64,000 nucleotides of DNA from Candidatus Latescibacterota bacterium (GTDB lineage Bacteria; Latescibacterota; UBA2968; GCA-2709665): the NCBI GenBank assembly GCA_963667175.2, contig CAXXXF010000002.1, positions 160,001 to 224,000 on the forward strand, in the 5' to 3' direction. This document shows positions 31,995-42,297 of this stretch, piece after piece. The position numbers and the translations under genes were made by a program. Position 1 is the stretch's first letter; each line of letters starts with the position of its first letter. The notes under the pieces are model-generated. The model saw nothing but the letters and a program-made list of their open reading frames with translations, was not told the origin of the DNA and searched no databases.

Positions 31995-32034
31995 AAAAAA
32001 GCCACAGCCATTGCGTCCTGCCGGCTGTGGCTTT
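31995..32034 (-). terminator. Rho-independent terminator of the sigma factor gene
   Basis: 12-bp stem AAAGCCACAGCC/GGCTGTGGCTTT ending in a T6 tract on the minus strand. Confidence 0.8.
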
Positions 32035-32049
32035 ACAGGGACGGTGCTT

Positions 32050-32907
32050 TCAGTGAAGATAGGCCTTGAGGGGGCGGCTTCTGGAATTGTGGCGCAGCCT
32101 GTGGATGGCTTTTTCCTTGATCTGGCGTACCCGCTCCCGGGTCAGCCCGAAGCGTTCGCCGATCTCTTCCAGCGTGAGCGGGTGCTCCCGGTTGATGCCA
32201 AAGTAGAGGCTGATCACTTCGGCTTCCCGGGGCGTGAGGGTTGCCAGCGCTTTTTCGACCTCACGGTGCAGTGAGTCGTCGATAAGCGATTCATCGGGGG
32301 GCGGCTGCAACCGATCTTCGAGAATGTCCAGCAGACTGTTGTCTTCACTTTCGCTGAACGGGGCGTCAAGCGAAAGATGCCGGCTCGAGATCTTGAGCGT
32401 ATCCATCACCTCGTAATCGCTCATTTCGAGTTCGTCGGCGATTTCGCTGGGGCTGGGCTCTCGCCCGAATTCCTGCTCCAGCCCGCTGGATGCCTTGCCG
32501 ATTTTGTGCAGGGCGCCCACCCTGTTCAAGGGCAGCCGAACAATTCTGGACTGCTCGGCGAGCGCCTGCAGAATGGCCTGCCTGATCCACCAGACGGCAT
32601 AGGAGATGAACTTGAAGCCTTTTGTTTCGTCAAAGCGTTTGGCTGCTTTTATCAGACCCAGATTTCCCTCGTTGATCAGATCTCCCATGGAGAGACCCTG
32701 GTTCTGGTATTGCTTGGCCACGCTGACAACAAATCTCAGATTGGCTTTGGTCAACTTTTCGAGGGCATCCTGGTCGCCCTTCTTGATCCGCTTGGCGAGG
32801 GCGATTTCTTCGTCTGCCGTGAGGAGATCGACTTCTCCGATCTCTTGAAGGTACTGATCCAGAGATTCATCTTCGCGCGCGTACGGCCTCTTGGCTAGCT
32901 TAGACAC
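32050..32907 (-). CDS. rpoD: RNA polymerase sigma-70 factor, RpoD/SigA family (short form, no region 1.1)
   Basis: [54 protein letters not shown]. Confidence 0.9.
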   Translation of the reverse strand: MSKLAKRPYAREDESLDQYLQEIGEVDLLTADEEIALAKRIKKGDQDALEKLTKANLRFVVSVAKQYQNQGLSMGDLINEGNLGLIKAAKRFDETKGFKFISYAVWWIRQAILQALAEQSRIVRLPLNRVGALHKIGKASSGLEQEFGREPSPSEIADELEMSDYEVMDTLKISSRHLSLDAPFSESEDNSLLDILEDRLQPPPDESLIDDSLHREVEKALATLTPREAEVISLYFGINREHPLTLEEIGERFGLTRERVRQIKEKAIHRLRHNSRSRPLKAYLH

Positions 32908-33141
32908 TCGTCAGCCTTTCTTTGCACCGGGGAGGTCGGTTCAGTTGGCCGGGGTTTCGGAGCCGGACTGTGAGCCGAGAAACTAGTTCGGGAGAATCGA
33001 CTGAATTCCTCGAAGGGGACGTAAGACTGTCGTAGTGAACCTTGCTGCTGTGGACGTGGGTACCGTTGACAGGAGTTCGCTACATGAGATTGGTCTCCTT
33101 TCGGACAATCGGATGAACTTCAGCAAACGGCTGAAGCGCGA

Positions 33142-34524
33142 TCAGCGTCCCGGTCGGAGGGCGACGAACTGCGTGTTGCCGTCGTCCTTCTTCAGGATCA
33201 GGAACACACCGGGCCTGACGGCTCTTTTGATCTCTTCGACCATCCTGCGATAGTCCCGGACGCTTGAGATACCGACACCGTCGATTTCCAGGATCGCATC
33301 GCCGCGTTCGATTCGTTTTTTCTCCGCCGGACTTCCGGGCGCGACGTAATGAACCACAACACCGGGCCCGGTTCTGGACGCCTGCAAACGGCCGCTTTCC
33401 CAATCTGAGCGATTCTTAACCTCAAGTCCGGGCCAGTTTGTAGGGTCGGTTCGAAATCTGTCGGGGGGCCTGGGCTGCTTCGGCCTCCTGTCGAGCGTAC
33501 AGGAAATCGTTCGCGGCACACCGTCACGAAGAATGAACAGCGAAACGGATTCGCCCGGACGGTACCCGGTAATCCGATTCAGAAATTCCTGGGCATTGCG
33601 GATGGGGTCGGCGTCGAGCGTCCTGATGACGTCGCCTCTCTTGAGGCCGCCCCGCCCCGCCGGGCTGTCCGACTGAATTTCACCGATCAGGATGCCCGAA
33701 GTCGAGTCCAGTTCCAGCGCATCCGCAAGATCGGACGTAAGGTCCTGCGGGTGAATACCGAGATAGCCGCGGACGACCTCGCCGTGTTCGCGGAGTTGTC
33801 CGGCAACGCGTCCGGCGACGTCTATGGGTATGGCGAACCCGATGCCGGATCCCGCGGGATTGTAAGCGGTATTCACGCCGACGACACGACCCGCGCTATT
33901 GACCAGGGGCCCGCCGCTGTTTCCAGGATTGATGGATGCGTCCGTCTGCAGGAAATCCTGAAACGGCGGCGCCGGAAGTTCCCCCTGTATTCGTTCCAGA
34001 TGCCTTCCCTTTGCGCTGATCACACCCACGCTGACGGTATGATGAAATCCGAAGGGACTGCCGACGGCCATTACCCAGTCACCGACCTGTATTGAATCGG
34101 TGGCGCCCAGGCGGGCAATACGGGAACGATCGATGGGCGCTGCCGAAAGCAGCCGGATAAGCGCGAGGTCCGTGTCGGGATCCTGCCCGACAATTTCGGC
34201 GGCATATTCCTTGCCGTCGGAAAAACCGACCTGGATGCCTGTGGCGCCTTCTATGACGTGGTTGCTGGTCAGGATATGACCCGTCGCGTCCAGCACGAAG
34301 CCGGATCCGTAACGCAACGCCGAGGGGCCCTGGCGCAACCCTGTGCGGGAGATCTCCTTGCCGTAAGCGCTCTTGACGGAGATACTGACGACCACGGGCC
34401 TTACCAGCCTGGCAACTTCGGCGAATGACCGATCGGGACTGGCGGCCCATGCCGTCTGGATACGCAAAAGGAACAGGCATGCGAAGAAGACAGCCTGGCG
34501 AACCCGCTTCGGTTGGGGTGTCAT
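33142..34524 (-). CDS. DegP/HtrA (Do) serine protease with two PDZ domains
   Basis: GSGF, TSNHVI, DLALI, QTDASINPGNSGGPL; the ORF extension to 34647 lies in a MITE. Confidence 0.92.
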   Translation of the reverse strand: MTPQPKRVRQAVFFACLFLLRIQTAWAASPDRSFAEVARLVRPVVVSISVKSAYGKEISRTGLRQGPSALRYGSGFVLDATGHILTSNHVIEGATGIQVGFSDGKEYAAEIVGQDPDTDLALIRLLSAAPIDRSRIARLGATDSIQVGDWVMAVGSPFGFHHTVSVGVISAKGRHLERIQGELPAPPFQDFLQTDASINPGNSGGPLVNSAGRVVGVNTAYNPAGSGIGFAIPIDVAGRVAGQLREHGEVVRGYLGIHPQDLTSDLADALELDSTSGILIGEIQSDSPAGRGGLKRGDVIRTLDADPIRNAQEFLNRITGYRPGESVSLFILRDGVPRTISCTLDRRPKQPRPPDRFRTDPTNWPGLEVKNRSDWESGRLQASRTGPGVVVHYVAPGSPAEKKRIERGDAILEIDGVGISSVRDYRRMVEEIKRAVRPGVFLILKKDDGNTQFVALRPGR

Positions 34525-34531
34525 GCCGATA

Positions 34532-34748
34532 ACAGTCCGTTGAAAAAGTCGCACTGCAGGCGAGGTCGAGTCATTGTGGCCGAAGACAAGGCGCGCCTGT
34601 CTGCGTGCCTGCCTGCGCCGAGACGTGCTCGGCAGGCAGGCGGACACGCACAGGCAGGCAACGCCGTATTTCGGTCACAAGGGCCGGACGCCTGTCTGCG
34701 TGCGAACGCACAGGCAGGTAGCCCGGATGGACTTTTTCAACGGGCTGA
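34532..34748. mobile_element. MITE family A, copy 2 (inverted relative to copy 1)
   Basis: TIRs CAGTCCGTTGAAAAAGTC / GACTTTTTCAACGGGCTG; TA flanks at 34530-31 and 34749-50. Confidence 0.88.
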
Positions 34749-34762
34749 TAAGGCCGAAGAGA

Positions 34763-35107
34763 TCATTTCTCCGCCTCTGCGGCTTTCTCCTCTTCCTGGC
34801 TCTTGCCGGCTTTCAGATTCTTCAGATGGGTTTCCCGCTCCTGCAGCAGATTTTCCAGTTCGTTGATTCTCCGTACCAATTCCTGAACTTCGTCCGTCTG
34901 GACGCCGCCGCTGTCGTTGCCCTCGGACAGGCGGGCATAGACCGCACCGCCCAACTCGGCGAACGCTTCGTGTATTGCGTGACGGGCTCCCGCGATATCG
35001 AGCCTGGCGCGACCTATTCTACCCAGGCGTTCGGCCTTGTGGGCCGCGGTTGCCGCGCTGTCGATGATTCCTCTCTTGATGCGTTCCCAAAGCGTATCGG
35101 TATTCAT
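34763..35107 (-). CDS. Small coiled-coil hypothetical protein
   Basis: GGGAG RBS; amphipathic/coiled-coil sequence; co-directional with neighbours. Confidence 0.75.
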   Translation of the reverse strand: MNTDTLWERIKRGIIDSAATAAHKAERLGRIGRARLDIAGARHAIHEAFAELGGAVYARLSEGNDSGGVQTDEVQELVRRINELENLLQERETHLKNLKAGKSQEEEKAAEAEK

Positions 35108-35124
35108 CCGGGACTCCCTGGACG

Positions 35125-35592
35125 TTATTCGTCGACGTTGTCATTCGCGCTGTGGAGCGCCTGGATTAATTGCTGGCGGGTCGCGCGGGAAATCTCGCGC
35201 CCTCTGATGGACAAACCGGGCGTCCTTCTGGCCAGGCTGCGGAGTTGTGCAACCGAGAGACCGCCAAGGTCCGGATTTTCGGAGGCAGCGGGTTGGGTTC
35301 GGTCCGGGGGTTGCGGACCGTTTAACTCAAATACGTCTACCAGATCGTCGTGAGGGTTCGGTATCACGTGGCGGGATACCAGCTGGCCGACCTGTTCCGC
35401 GGCCTCCGCGGCAGCCTGTACAGCGGCCTGTACCGCCCCCACGTCGCCCAGAATTCGAATGGAAACCAGGCCTCCCTCGATCTTTTCCACAGCCGCGAGT
35501 TCGACGGCCGCCGCTTTAACGGCCGCGTCGGCCGCTTCAACGACGCCGGTAAATCCACGGGTTTCGATCAGGCCTAACGCGTTTTTCGCCAT
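35125..35592 (-). CDS. BMC-H shell protein with C-terminal extension
   Basis: ALGLIETRG...AADAAVKAA.V...GDVGAV..AV...HVIPNPH; tail LGGLSVAQLRSLAR...RQQLIQAL. Confidence 0.92.
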   Translation of the reverse strand: MAKNALGLIETRGFTGVVEAADAAVKAAAVELAAVEKIEGGLVSIRILGDVGAVQAAVQAAAEAAEQVGQLVSRHVIPNPHDDLVDVFELNGPQPPDRTQPAASENPDLGGLSVAQLRSLARRTPGLSIRGREISRATRQQLIQALHSANDNVDE

Positions 35593-35624
35593 CGATGGAC
35601 CCTGAGCAGGAAACGCGGAAACAG

Positions 35625-35672
35625 GAAGGCGGCCATGCCGGTCGCACGGATGCGTTCGGCGTGGCCGCCTTC
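35625..35672. other. Long hairpin in the 5' region of the BMC-H gene
   Basis: GAAGGCGGCCATGCCG / CGGCGTGGCCGCCTTC, 16-bp near-perfect stem. Confidence 0.55.
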
Positions 35673-35739
35673 GGTCAATTCTGCAGATGAAGGTGGGCGA
35701 AGTTCATTAGGACCATTCGGTGTAGGAACGCAAAAGCGC

Positions 35740-35858
35740 CATAGCTATATGCTATATTAAATACCAAAAATAAAGATAAGTAAAATCTCCGTTCGTGTCA
35801 CGTTCTTTTTGTGCGCTTTGTGGATTTCCACGCTATTATATTCAAAAAAAACAATAAG
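35740..35858 (-). promoter_or_regulatory. AT-rich intergenic region, probable promoter for the BMC-H / coiled-coil / degP genes
   Basis: Strong AT enrichment in a GC-rich genome; exact -10/-35 not assigned. Confidence 0.4.
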
Positions 35859-37292
35859 TTATCTAAAAAAGTCCTGCGACCAATGATACCGACTCGCGCC
35901 TTTCTCCGTGCCGAACCAGACGTAGTCTTCCTGCAGGAGCACGGCCTGCGTGCGGTCGTCGATCAGGCCGTTGGTTTGCGTGTAACGCCTCCAGAGTCCG
36001 GTTGAAACGTCGAAGCGGAACGCGCCGACTTCGGTACCCAGCCAGACGCTGACCGTATCCGCCGCGATCGCGACGTGCCGGTTGCCGTGTATCTCTGCGA
36101 GCGCGAATCGTTGCCACACCGTGTCGGGTGGCGCGAGATGGATGAGCGTCGACGGAGATTCAACGGTCGCCCATACTCTGTCTTTCCACGTGGCCAGCCC
36201 GTTGATGGGACGGGACGTGAACCCGCCGGCGCTTTGGACGGGCGTCCAGGTCACGTCCCCGACGCGGCAGCGAAACATGCCAAGATGAGTGCCCGCCCAG
36301 ATATAGTCGGCGCCTTCCGCCATGGCCAGAATGGAGAATCTTTCGCTGCCGTCGACCCACCGGATGGTGTCGGCGAGCGTATCGAAGACGGCCAGTCCGG
36401 CCTGGGTGCCAATCCATAGCCGGGTATTCGACATGGCCAGGGCGGTGACCCCGCGCCGGCGGGGCAGGCGGTAGGTTGTCCACCGTCCGGTGTCGCGGAC
36501 GTACCGGATGAGGCCGTTCCAGGCGCCGAACCAGACCGCATCGCTGTCCGGAAGAATGGTTGAGACACGGGCCTCGTCGAGACCCATGACGTCCTCCGGT
36601 TCGAAGTATTCCCACGTGCGGGTCGACAGGTCGTATCGTGTAATTCCCTGTTCTCTTATACCAGAAACGCCTTTGCCCCCGAACCAGATACTGTCTCCGT
36701 CTCTGGCCATGGCGCTGATGTTTTCGTCGAGAGGGCCGAATGCGTGGAACTCGAGCTGCCGGTCCGTCATATTCGCCTTGCCGACGCCCAGCCCCCCGGT
36801 GCCGATCCACAGGGTGTGCCACGTGTCCATCAGCGTGGCGGTTATGGGATAGCTCTTGCGCGGACCCCGGATCCAGCCGTCCTGAAGAAAGTGGCCAAAA
36901 GGCAGATAGACCGGCGGGATCGGCACTGGCGGTCGGCGCGGGGGCGGGTCGTCGCCGAAGAAGGAAACGCTTTCGAGCCGGGTCAGCCAGCGGACCGCGC
37001 CGGACGGCGTGTCCAGCCAGAGGTCGCCGGTATTGGCGTCGTAGGCCAGGGCGCGAATGCGGTTGTCGGGCAGACCGTCCAGAACGGTTAACGGCCTGTG
37101 CCAGCGGTCTCCGTAGACGTCGTACCGACGGATTCCGTTCCGGGTGCCGATGTAGATGTACTGGCTGCCTTCGGCCACGGCTGTCACCGAATTCATGTTG
37201 GGAAAGGCCGTCCAGAGTTCCCGATCGAAGGCGTGGGCGGGTGCGGAAAGCAGGAGAAACAACGCGCTGAAAAGGGAGATCATGGGTACCAC
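35859..37292 (-). CDS. Secreted beta-propeller (two-component regulator propeller-like repeats)
   Basis: Signal peptide (APAHA); repeated LWIGT..GL, DGLPDN, NGL.DD motifs; start 37292 or 37283. Confidence 0.8.
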   Translation of the reverse strand: MVPMISLFSALFLLLSAPAHAFDRELWTAFPNMNSVTAVAEGSQYIYIGTRNGIRRYDVYGDRWHRPLTVLDGLPDNRIRALAYDANTGDLWLDTPSGAVRWLTRLESVSFFGDDPPPRRPPVPIPPVYLPFGHFLQDGWIRGPRKSYPITATLMDTWHTLWIGTGGLGVGKANMTDRQLEFHAFGPLDENISAMARDGDSIWFGGKGVSGIREQGITRYDLSTRTWEYFEPEDVMGLDEARVSTILPDSDAVWFGAWNGLIRYVRDTGRWTTYRLPRRRGVTALAMSNTRLWIGTQAGLAVFDTLADTIRWVDGSERFSILAMAEGADYIWAGTHLGMFRCRVGDVTWTPVQSAGGFTSRPINGLATWKDRVWATVESPSTLIHLAPPDTVWQRFALAEIHGNRHVAIAADTVSVWLGTEVGAFRFDVSTGLWRRYTQTNGLIDDRTQAVLLQEDYVWFGTEKGASRYHWSQDFFR

Positions 37293-37302
37293 GACGTGTG
37301 CG

Positions 37303-38499
37303 CTACGACAGGCGTCTGAGGAAGGCCGCGGTTTCCCGGGCGACGATGATTTCTTCGTTTGTGGTCACAATCAGTGTCTTCACGGGGCTTTCTGACGTGG
37401 AAATCAGCCGTTCGGGCGGCCCTGAGCGGTTCTTGTCGGGATCCAGTTGAACGCCGAGGAATTCCAGACCGCTGCAGATACGCCGCCGAACGTGGACCCC
37501 GCGCTCACCGATCCCCCCCGCGCAGGCAAGCGCATCGACGCCGCCGAGCGCGGCGGCCATCGCGCCGATTGCCGTCTTCACGCCGTAGCAGAAGGCATCG
37601 ATGGCCAGTCCTGCCCGTCGATTGCCTGCGGCGGCGGCCGTTTCCAGGTCGCGCACGTCGCCGCTGACGCCGGAGATTCCGAGCAGACCGCTTTCCGTGG
37701 TGAGGATTCGCCGGATCTCGTCCGTGGAAAGGCCTTCGCGATCCATGATGAAGGGAATGATGAACGGGTCGATAGCGCCGTTGCGGTTGCCGTGGATGAT
37801 GCCGTCCTGGGCGGAGAATCCCATGGTGGTGTCGATGGACCGGCCGTCCTTGACGGCGCACAGAGACGCGCTGCCGCCCAGGTGGCACGAAATCAGCTTC
37901 AACCCGTCCGACGGCCGGTCGAGGAGCCGGGGGACCCTTTCGGAGATATAACGGTGGGACGCGCCGTGAAAGCCGTATTTTCGCACGCCGTAGGTTTCGT
38001 GCCAGGCAAAGGGAACGCCGTAGGTGTACGCGTAGTCCGGAATGGTGGTGTGGAACGCCGGTTCGAACAGGCCCACCAGTGGAAGGCCGGGATATAATTC
38101 CCGGAAGATCCGGATCGCGAGGATGTACGGCGGGTTGTGGGCCGGGGCGAGTTCGTTGTAGTCGGCCATGCGTTCGAGAATCCCGTCGTCCAGCAGGTAG
38201 GTCCCGGGTTTCCCGCGCAGGTGGACGGTCTTGAACCCCACCGCGTCCAGGTCCGACAGGTCGGAGAGTACGCCGGTGCGCACGTCTGTGAGACGCGCGA
38301 TAACGTCGCGTACGGCACAGGTATAATCCGGCAGGCATTGTTCCGTTTCAACGGCGTATTCGCCAATCTGATGGGCAACCGGAGAAGACGGATCGCCGAT
38401 GCGCTCGAGGCGTCCCTCGGCGATCACCGTCTCGTCCTTCATATCGAACAGTCTGTACTTGAAGGACGTACTGCCCACGTTGGCAACGAGGATTTTCAT
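37303..38499 (-). CDS. ackA: Acetate/propionate kinase
   Basis: ILVANVGSTS.KY, LAP.HNP, KYGFHGASH, CHLGGSAS, TTMGFS, GGIGE, TNEE. Confidence 0.92.
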   Translation of the reverse strand: MKILVANVGSTSFKYRLFDMKDETVIAEGRLERIGDPSSPVAHQIGEYAVETEQCLPDYTCAVRDVIARLTDVRTGVLSDLSDLDAVGFKTVHLRGKPGTYLLDDGILERMADYNELAPAHNPPYILAIRIFRELYPGLPLVGLFEPAFHTTIPDYAYTYGVPFAWHETYGVRKYGFHGASHRYISERVPRLLDRPSDGLKLISCHLGGSASLCAVKDGRSIDTTMGFSAQDGIIHGNRNGAIDPFIIPFIMDREGLSTDEIRRILTTESGLLGISGVSGDVRDLETAAAAGNRRAGLAIDAFCYGVKTAIGAMAAALGGVDALACAGGIGERGVHVRRRICSGLEFLGVQLDPDKNRSGPPERLISTSESPVKTLIVTTNEEIIVARETAAFLRRLS

Positions 38500-38545
38500 A
38501 GGCGGCGGGAGTCGGGTGCTGCGGGACAGAACACGTCTCGCGGTT

Positions 38546-39364
38546 CTATTTGCGGAGTTCCTGCATCACCTGGCGGGTGATTTCGGTGACCAGATCGGCC
38601 TCCGATGGCGGGGGGCCGACGGATGGGGCCGACGCGCTGCGCGTGCGAAGGGTGGGGATTTGCGAGTCAGGTGCGCCGGAGGCGCCGGATTGATCCTTTC
38701 CCGCGACGCACGCGGGATCCGGTCCCCGGATTCCCAGGCGATTGCGGATCTGCAGGAGCTTGTCAACCTGGTCCCGGCTCAGGACGTTCGCGCCGCCCAA
38801 CTGACGCGCGACGAACAGGATGCGTGCGAAATGTTCGAGGGTCTCCATTTTGAAATAAGCGTCCATCACGCCGGAACCCACGGTGGTGGCGCCGTGATTC
38901 TCGAGCAGGTAGGCGTCGTAGTCCTTGACGAATTTTCGGATCGGCTCGGATATTTCGGGGCCGCCCGGCGTGCCGTACTCAGCGGTGGGAATCGATCCGA
39001 GTGTGATCACGACTTCGGGAAGCACGCAATCGGTCAGCGGCATTCCTGCAACGGAGAATCCGGTGGCCGTGGGCGGATGGGCGTGGACAACCGCCTTGAC
39101 GTCGGGCCTTTCCCTGTAGAGAAACAGATGCATGCCGATTTCGGAGGACGGATCGAGGCGCCCGCTTATCTTCCGGCCTTCCATGTCACAGACGCACAGA
39201 TCCTCCACGGCGAGGTTCCCCTTGCACAGCCCGCCGGGCGTCACGATCAGGCGGCCTTCATCGAAGCGCGCGGAGACGTTGCCGTCGCTCGCGACGATAT
39301 ATCCTCTGTCGTAGAGCCTGCGTCCGGCCTCCACGATATCCAGCTTTGCCTGATGTAGCGTCAT
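38546..39364 (-). CDS. Class II aldolase (FucA/adducin family) with C-terminal encapsulation peptide
   Basis: DGNVS.R, ITP.G..K, PSSE..MH, VVHAHPP, LLENHG; tail ADLVTEITRQVMQEL. Confidence 0.9.
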   Translation of the reverse strand: MTLHQAKLDIVEAGRRLYDRGYIVASDGNVSARFDEGRLIVTPGGLCKGNLAVEDLCVCDMEGRKISGRLDPSSEIGMHLFLYRERPDVKAVVHAHPPTATGFSVAGMPLTDCVLPEVVITLGSIPTAEYGTPGGPEISEPIRKFVKDYDAYLLENHGATTVGSGVMDAYFKMETLEHFARILFVARQLGGANVLSRDQVDKLLQIRNRLGIRGPDPACVAGKDQSGASGAPDSQIPTLRTRSASAPSVGPPPSEADLVTEITRQVMQELRK

Positions 39365-39415
39365 AACTTGGTGACCTGAAGGTGACCGACGGGCGCCGTT
39401 GGCCGATACGCTGGT

Positions 39416-39694
39416 CTACGCCTGCGGCTCACACGCGATCTGGTCCACAATGCCCACGATAACGGAGCGGATCGGCGGCCGATCCACCCCCAGGACCTGC
39501 GCGGCCGCAACGCCCTGGCGGAGAACGAGGACGGTCTCGCCCGCGCCCGCGCCCGCGGTGTCGACCGCAAGCAGCGTGTTCCCGCGGTCGCTGCCGTCTG
39601 GCTGAACAGGCTGAATCACCATCAGTTTGGCGGCTTCGTAGGCAGGATGTTTCAGCGTGGAAACAACGCTGCCGAGCACGCGTGCGAGAATCAT
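39416..39694 (-). CDS. BMC-P vertex protein (EutN/CcmL)
   Basis: MILARVLGSVVSTLKH, AVD.AGAG.GE.VL, VIVGIVD. Confidence 0.9.
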   Translation of the reverse strand: MILARVLGSVVSTLKHPAYEAAKLMVIQPVQPDGSDRGNTLLAVDTAGAGAGETVLVLRQGVAAAQVLGVDRPPIRSVIVGIVDQIACEPQA

Positions 39695-39801
39695 GTGAAA
39701 AACTCGCTCTGCAGGCCTCTTGTGGCAATTGATTTCAGCCACGCATTTTTCGTTTTTTTCGCGTATTTCGTAGTTTCCAATGTCATTTTCCGGGTAGCTT
39801 C

Positions 39802-40074
39802 TCATTCGTTCCGGATATCGATCCGGTCGGCAATGCCGACGATGGCGGCGTCTACGGGGCCGTATTTCTCGGGGAGGGCATTGGGCGCTTCCCTGGCACA
39901 GACCCAGTAGACGGTCTCGCCCTGACCCGCGCTGACGACGTCGGCGGCCACCAGCGTATCGGCGAGATCCTTCCGTCGATGGTCCAGAGGACGGATAACG
40001 AGCAGCCGGATGCCGGTCAGCGAGGAGTCTTTGCGCGTGGCGACGACTTTACCGATGACACGACCGAGTTGCAT
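39802..40074 (-). CDS. BMC-P vertex protein (EutN/CcmL)
   Basis: MQLGRVIGKVVATRKD, AAD.V.AG.GE, PVDAAIVGI. Confidence 0.92.
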   Translation of the reverse strand: MQLGRVIGKVVATRKDSSLTGIRLLVIRPLDHRRKDLADTLVAADVVSAGQGETVYWVCAREAPNALPEKYGPVDAAIVGIADRIDIRNE

Positions 40075-40138
40075 GGGGCCCGAGGCGTTGAAAGTGGCAC
40101 GCGGAACTGGTTCTCGCCACTCCGCTCATTGCCGGATT

Positions 40139-41575
40139 TCAGACAATCCGGAAATAGTCGACCAGCGTGCAGCGGCGCTGCCGCGTAAAGGTTCTGGCGG
40201 AGGTGCAACCCTCCCCGGTTGGTGTTGCGATGGAGAACGACGTATACCCTTCGCCGCCCGCGCCCACCCCCGCGGCGGACGGGCCGTTCTTGATAAAGAG
40301 GCTGCAGCGGCACGCCCGCGCCATATTGGTCATGTTTTCCACGTTCCTGGAGTGCATCACCGCCGTGTGGTGATAGCCATGTTCGGCCTCCACGGCCCGT
40401 TTGATCCCGGTGTTCACGTCAGGTACCCGGACAAATGGAATGAACGGCATCATCTGCTCGTTCTGCGTGAAGGGGTGCGAGGCTTCAACCTCACCGATGA
40501 GCAACTCGGTCTCAGGCGGCACGTTCAGGCCGATGCTCTCGGCGAGAACATTCGGATTGCGGCCAACGAATTCGCGGTTGACGTTCCGTTCGCCTCTGTC
40601 GTCTTCGGTGAATGCCCGCCCTGTCAGGTTGTCTATCTGGCCGCGGTCCAATTCCACGCATCCCCTGGAAAGCAGAGAACGCTTGAGTTCGTCGGCAACC
40701 GATTCGACGACGAAGATTTCCTTCTCGCCGATGCAGAGGATATTGTTGTCGAAGGCGCCGCCTTCCACGATGCCCTCCGCCGCCACGTCGAGATCAGCGG
40801 TTTCGTCGACGACCACCGGAGGATTGCCGGGACCCGCGGCAATGGCGCGTTTCGGCGCTTGCATGGCGGCTCTGACGACGCCGCCTCCGCCCGTGACCAG
40901 TATCAGATCGATCTTCGGATGTACGAACAGGTCCTGTGCGGTCTGGATACCGGGCTCGTGGACCGCGGTCAATAGATTCGCGGGGCCGCCCGCGTCGACG
41001 ATGGCCCGATTGAGGATCCGGATGCCCAGAAGGGAGGCTTTTTTGGCGGCGGGATGCGGCGCAAATACGGCGCCGTTCCCGGCGGCGATCAAGCTGATGG
41101 CATTGTTCACGGTCGTCGGGACCGGGTGGGTGGAGGGCGTGACGGCGGCAACGACGCCGAAGGGCGCCAACTCGACGACGGTCAGACCGCGGTCTCCGGT
41201 CCAGGCAACCGGTTCCAGGTCTTCGACGCCCGGAGTGAGGCGGGCGACCACCTCGAACTTCCGGATCTTGTGGGCAATTCTGCCCATACCGGTTTCGTCG
41301 ATGGTCATCTGCGCGAGGCCCTTTGCGTGCTCCAGCGCCGCCCGCCGAATGGCCTCGATGATTCCCCGCCTGGCTTCGAGCGACAGGGATTCCAGATCCC
41401 GCTGCGCAATGGCGGCAGCATCGATCGCGTGGTCGAGACGTTCGAAGACGCCATCGTCCCCGTTGCCGGCCGGCCGGGCCGGTGACGAGACGACCGCGGG
41501 CGCCTGCTTCTCAGGCGTAAGGTTACGGACGACTTCCTCAACAACCGATCTGATCTGTGCTTCGCTGATATTCAT
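40139..41575 (-). CDS. CoA-acylating aldehyde dehydrogenase (EutE/PduP family) with N-terminal encapsulation peptide
   Basis: MNISEAQIRSVVEEVVRNL; PFGVV..VTPST.P, TGG.GVV, AGPGNPP, FDNNILC.GEK, PTGEG.TSARTF. Confidence 0.93.
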   Translation of the reverse strand: MNISEAQIRSVVEEVVRNLTPEKQAPAVVSSPARPAGNGDDGVFERLDHAIDAAAIAQRDLESLSLEARRGIIEAIRRAALEHAKGLAQMTIDETGMGRIAHKIRKFEVVARLTPGVEDLEPVAWTGDRGLTVVELAPFGVVAAVTPSTHPVPTTVNNAISLIAAGNGAVFAPHPAAKKASLLGIRILNRAIVDAGGPANLLTAVHEPGIQTAQDLFVHPKIDLILVTGGGGVVRAAMQAPKRAIAAGPGNPPVVVDETADLDVAAEGIVEGGAFDNNILCIGEKEIFVVESVADELKRSLLSRGCVELDRGQIDNLTGRAFTEDDRGERNVNREFVGRNPNVLAESIGLNVPPETELLIGEVEASHPFTQNEQMMPFIPFVRVPDVNTGIKRAVEAEHGYHHTAVMHSRNVENMTNMARACRCSLFIKNGPSAAGVGAGGEGYTSFSIATPTGEGCTSARTFTRQRRCTLVDYFRIV

Positions 41576-41701
41576 CGTTTCGAGAGTCGGAAGGAATCGG
41601 CTTCGGTAAGTTATCGGCTATCGGACACCGGGCATGATCCAGCGGCGCGGGCTCCCACGCACGGCTTGCCGACGGGCGCCGCCGCCGTCAACGGTTATTT
41701 T

Positions 41702-41998
41702 TCAACTGTCCTTGCGGTAGGTCGTTTCGCCTTCCACTTCGACGGAATCGACGATCGCGACGACGACCGCGTCCACCGGACGGTGTTCGGTCGAGCCGGT
41801 CATTCGAGCGGAACTGCCGCTCGTGCACAGGACCACTTCACTGGTTCCGGCGCCGACGGCGTCGACGGCCACCAGGAAACGATTTGCCGGCTCCAGGGTC
41901 TGAACGTCCAGTGCCTGAACGACCTGGAGCTTGAAGCCTTCAAGGCCCCTGTCTTTCTGGGTGGCGACAACCGTCCCCACCACTTTACCCAGAATCAT
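41702..41998 (-). CDS. BMC-P vertex protein (EutN/CcmL)
   Basis: MILGKVVGTVVATQKD, AVDAVGAG..EVVL..SGSSAR, PVDA. Confidence 0.93.
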   Translation of the reverse strand: MILGKVVGTVVATQKDRGLEGFKLQVVQALDVQTLEPANRFLVAVDAVGAGTSEVVLCTSGSSARMTGSTEHRPVDAVVVAIVDSVEVEGETTYRKDS

Positions 41999-42015
41999 CG
42001 GTTACGCTCAGGGCT

Positions 42016-42297
42016 TCAGGACGATTTGCCAATGGGCAGCACGTCTTCCAGACTGCCGTGGGGGCGCGGAATGACGTGTACGGAAATCAGTTCGCCAATC
42101 TTGCCCGCGGCCGCGGCGCCCGCCTCCGTGGCCGCTTTGACCGCGGCTACGTCGCCACGGACGACGGCGGTCACGTATCCCGCCCCGATCTTCTCCCAGT
42201 TGACGAGCTTCACGTTGGCCGCTTTCACCATGGCGTCGGTCGCCTCGATCATCGCCACCAGACCTCTGGTTTCAATCATGCCAAGGGCTTCACCCAT
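42016..42297 (-). CDS. BMC-H shell protein (EutM/PduA-like)
   Basis: [11 protein letters not shown]...DAMVKAANV...[10 protein letters not shown]...VHVIPRPH; RBS GAGGAGG. Confidence 0.95.
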   Translation of the reverse strand: MGEALGMIETRGLVAMIEATDAMVKAANVKLVNWEKIGAGYVTAVVRGDVAAVKAATEAGAAAAGKIGELISVHVIPRPHGSLEDVLPIGKSS

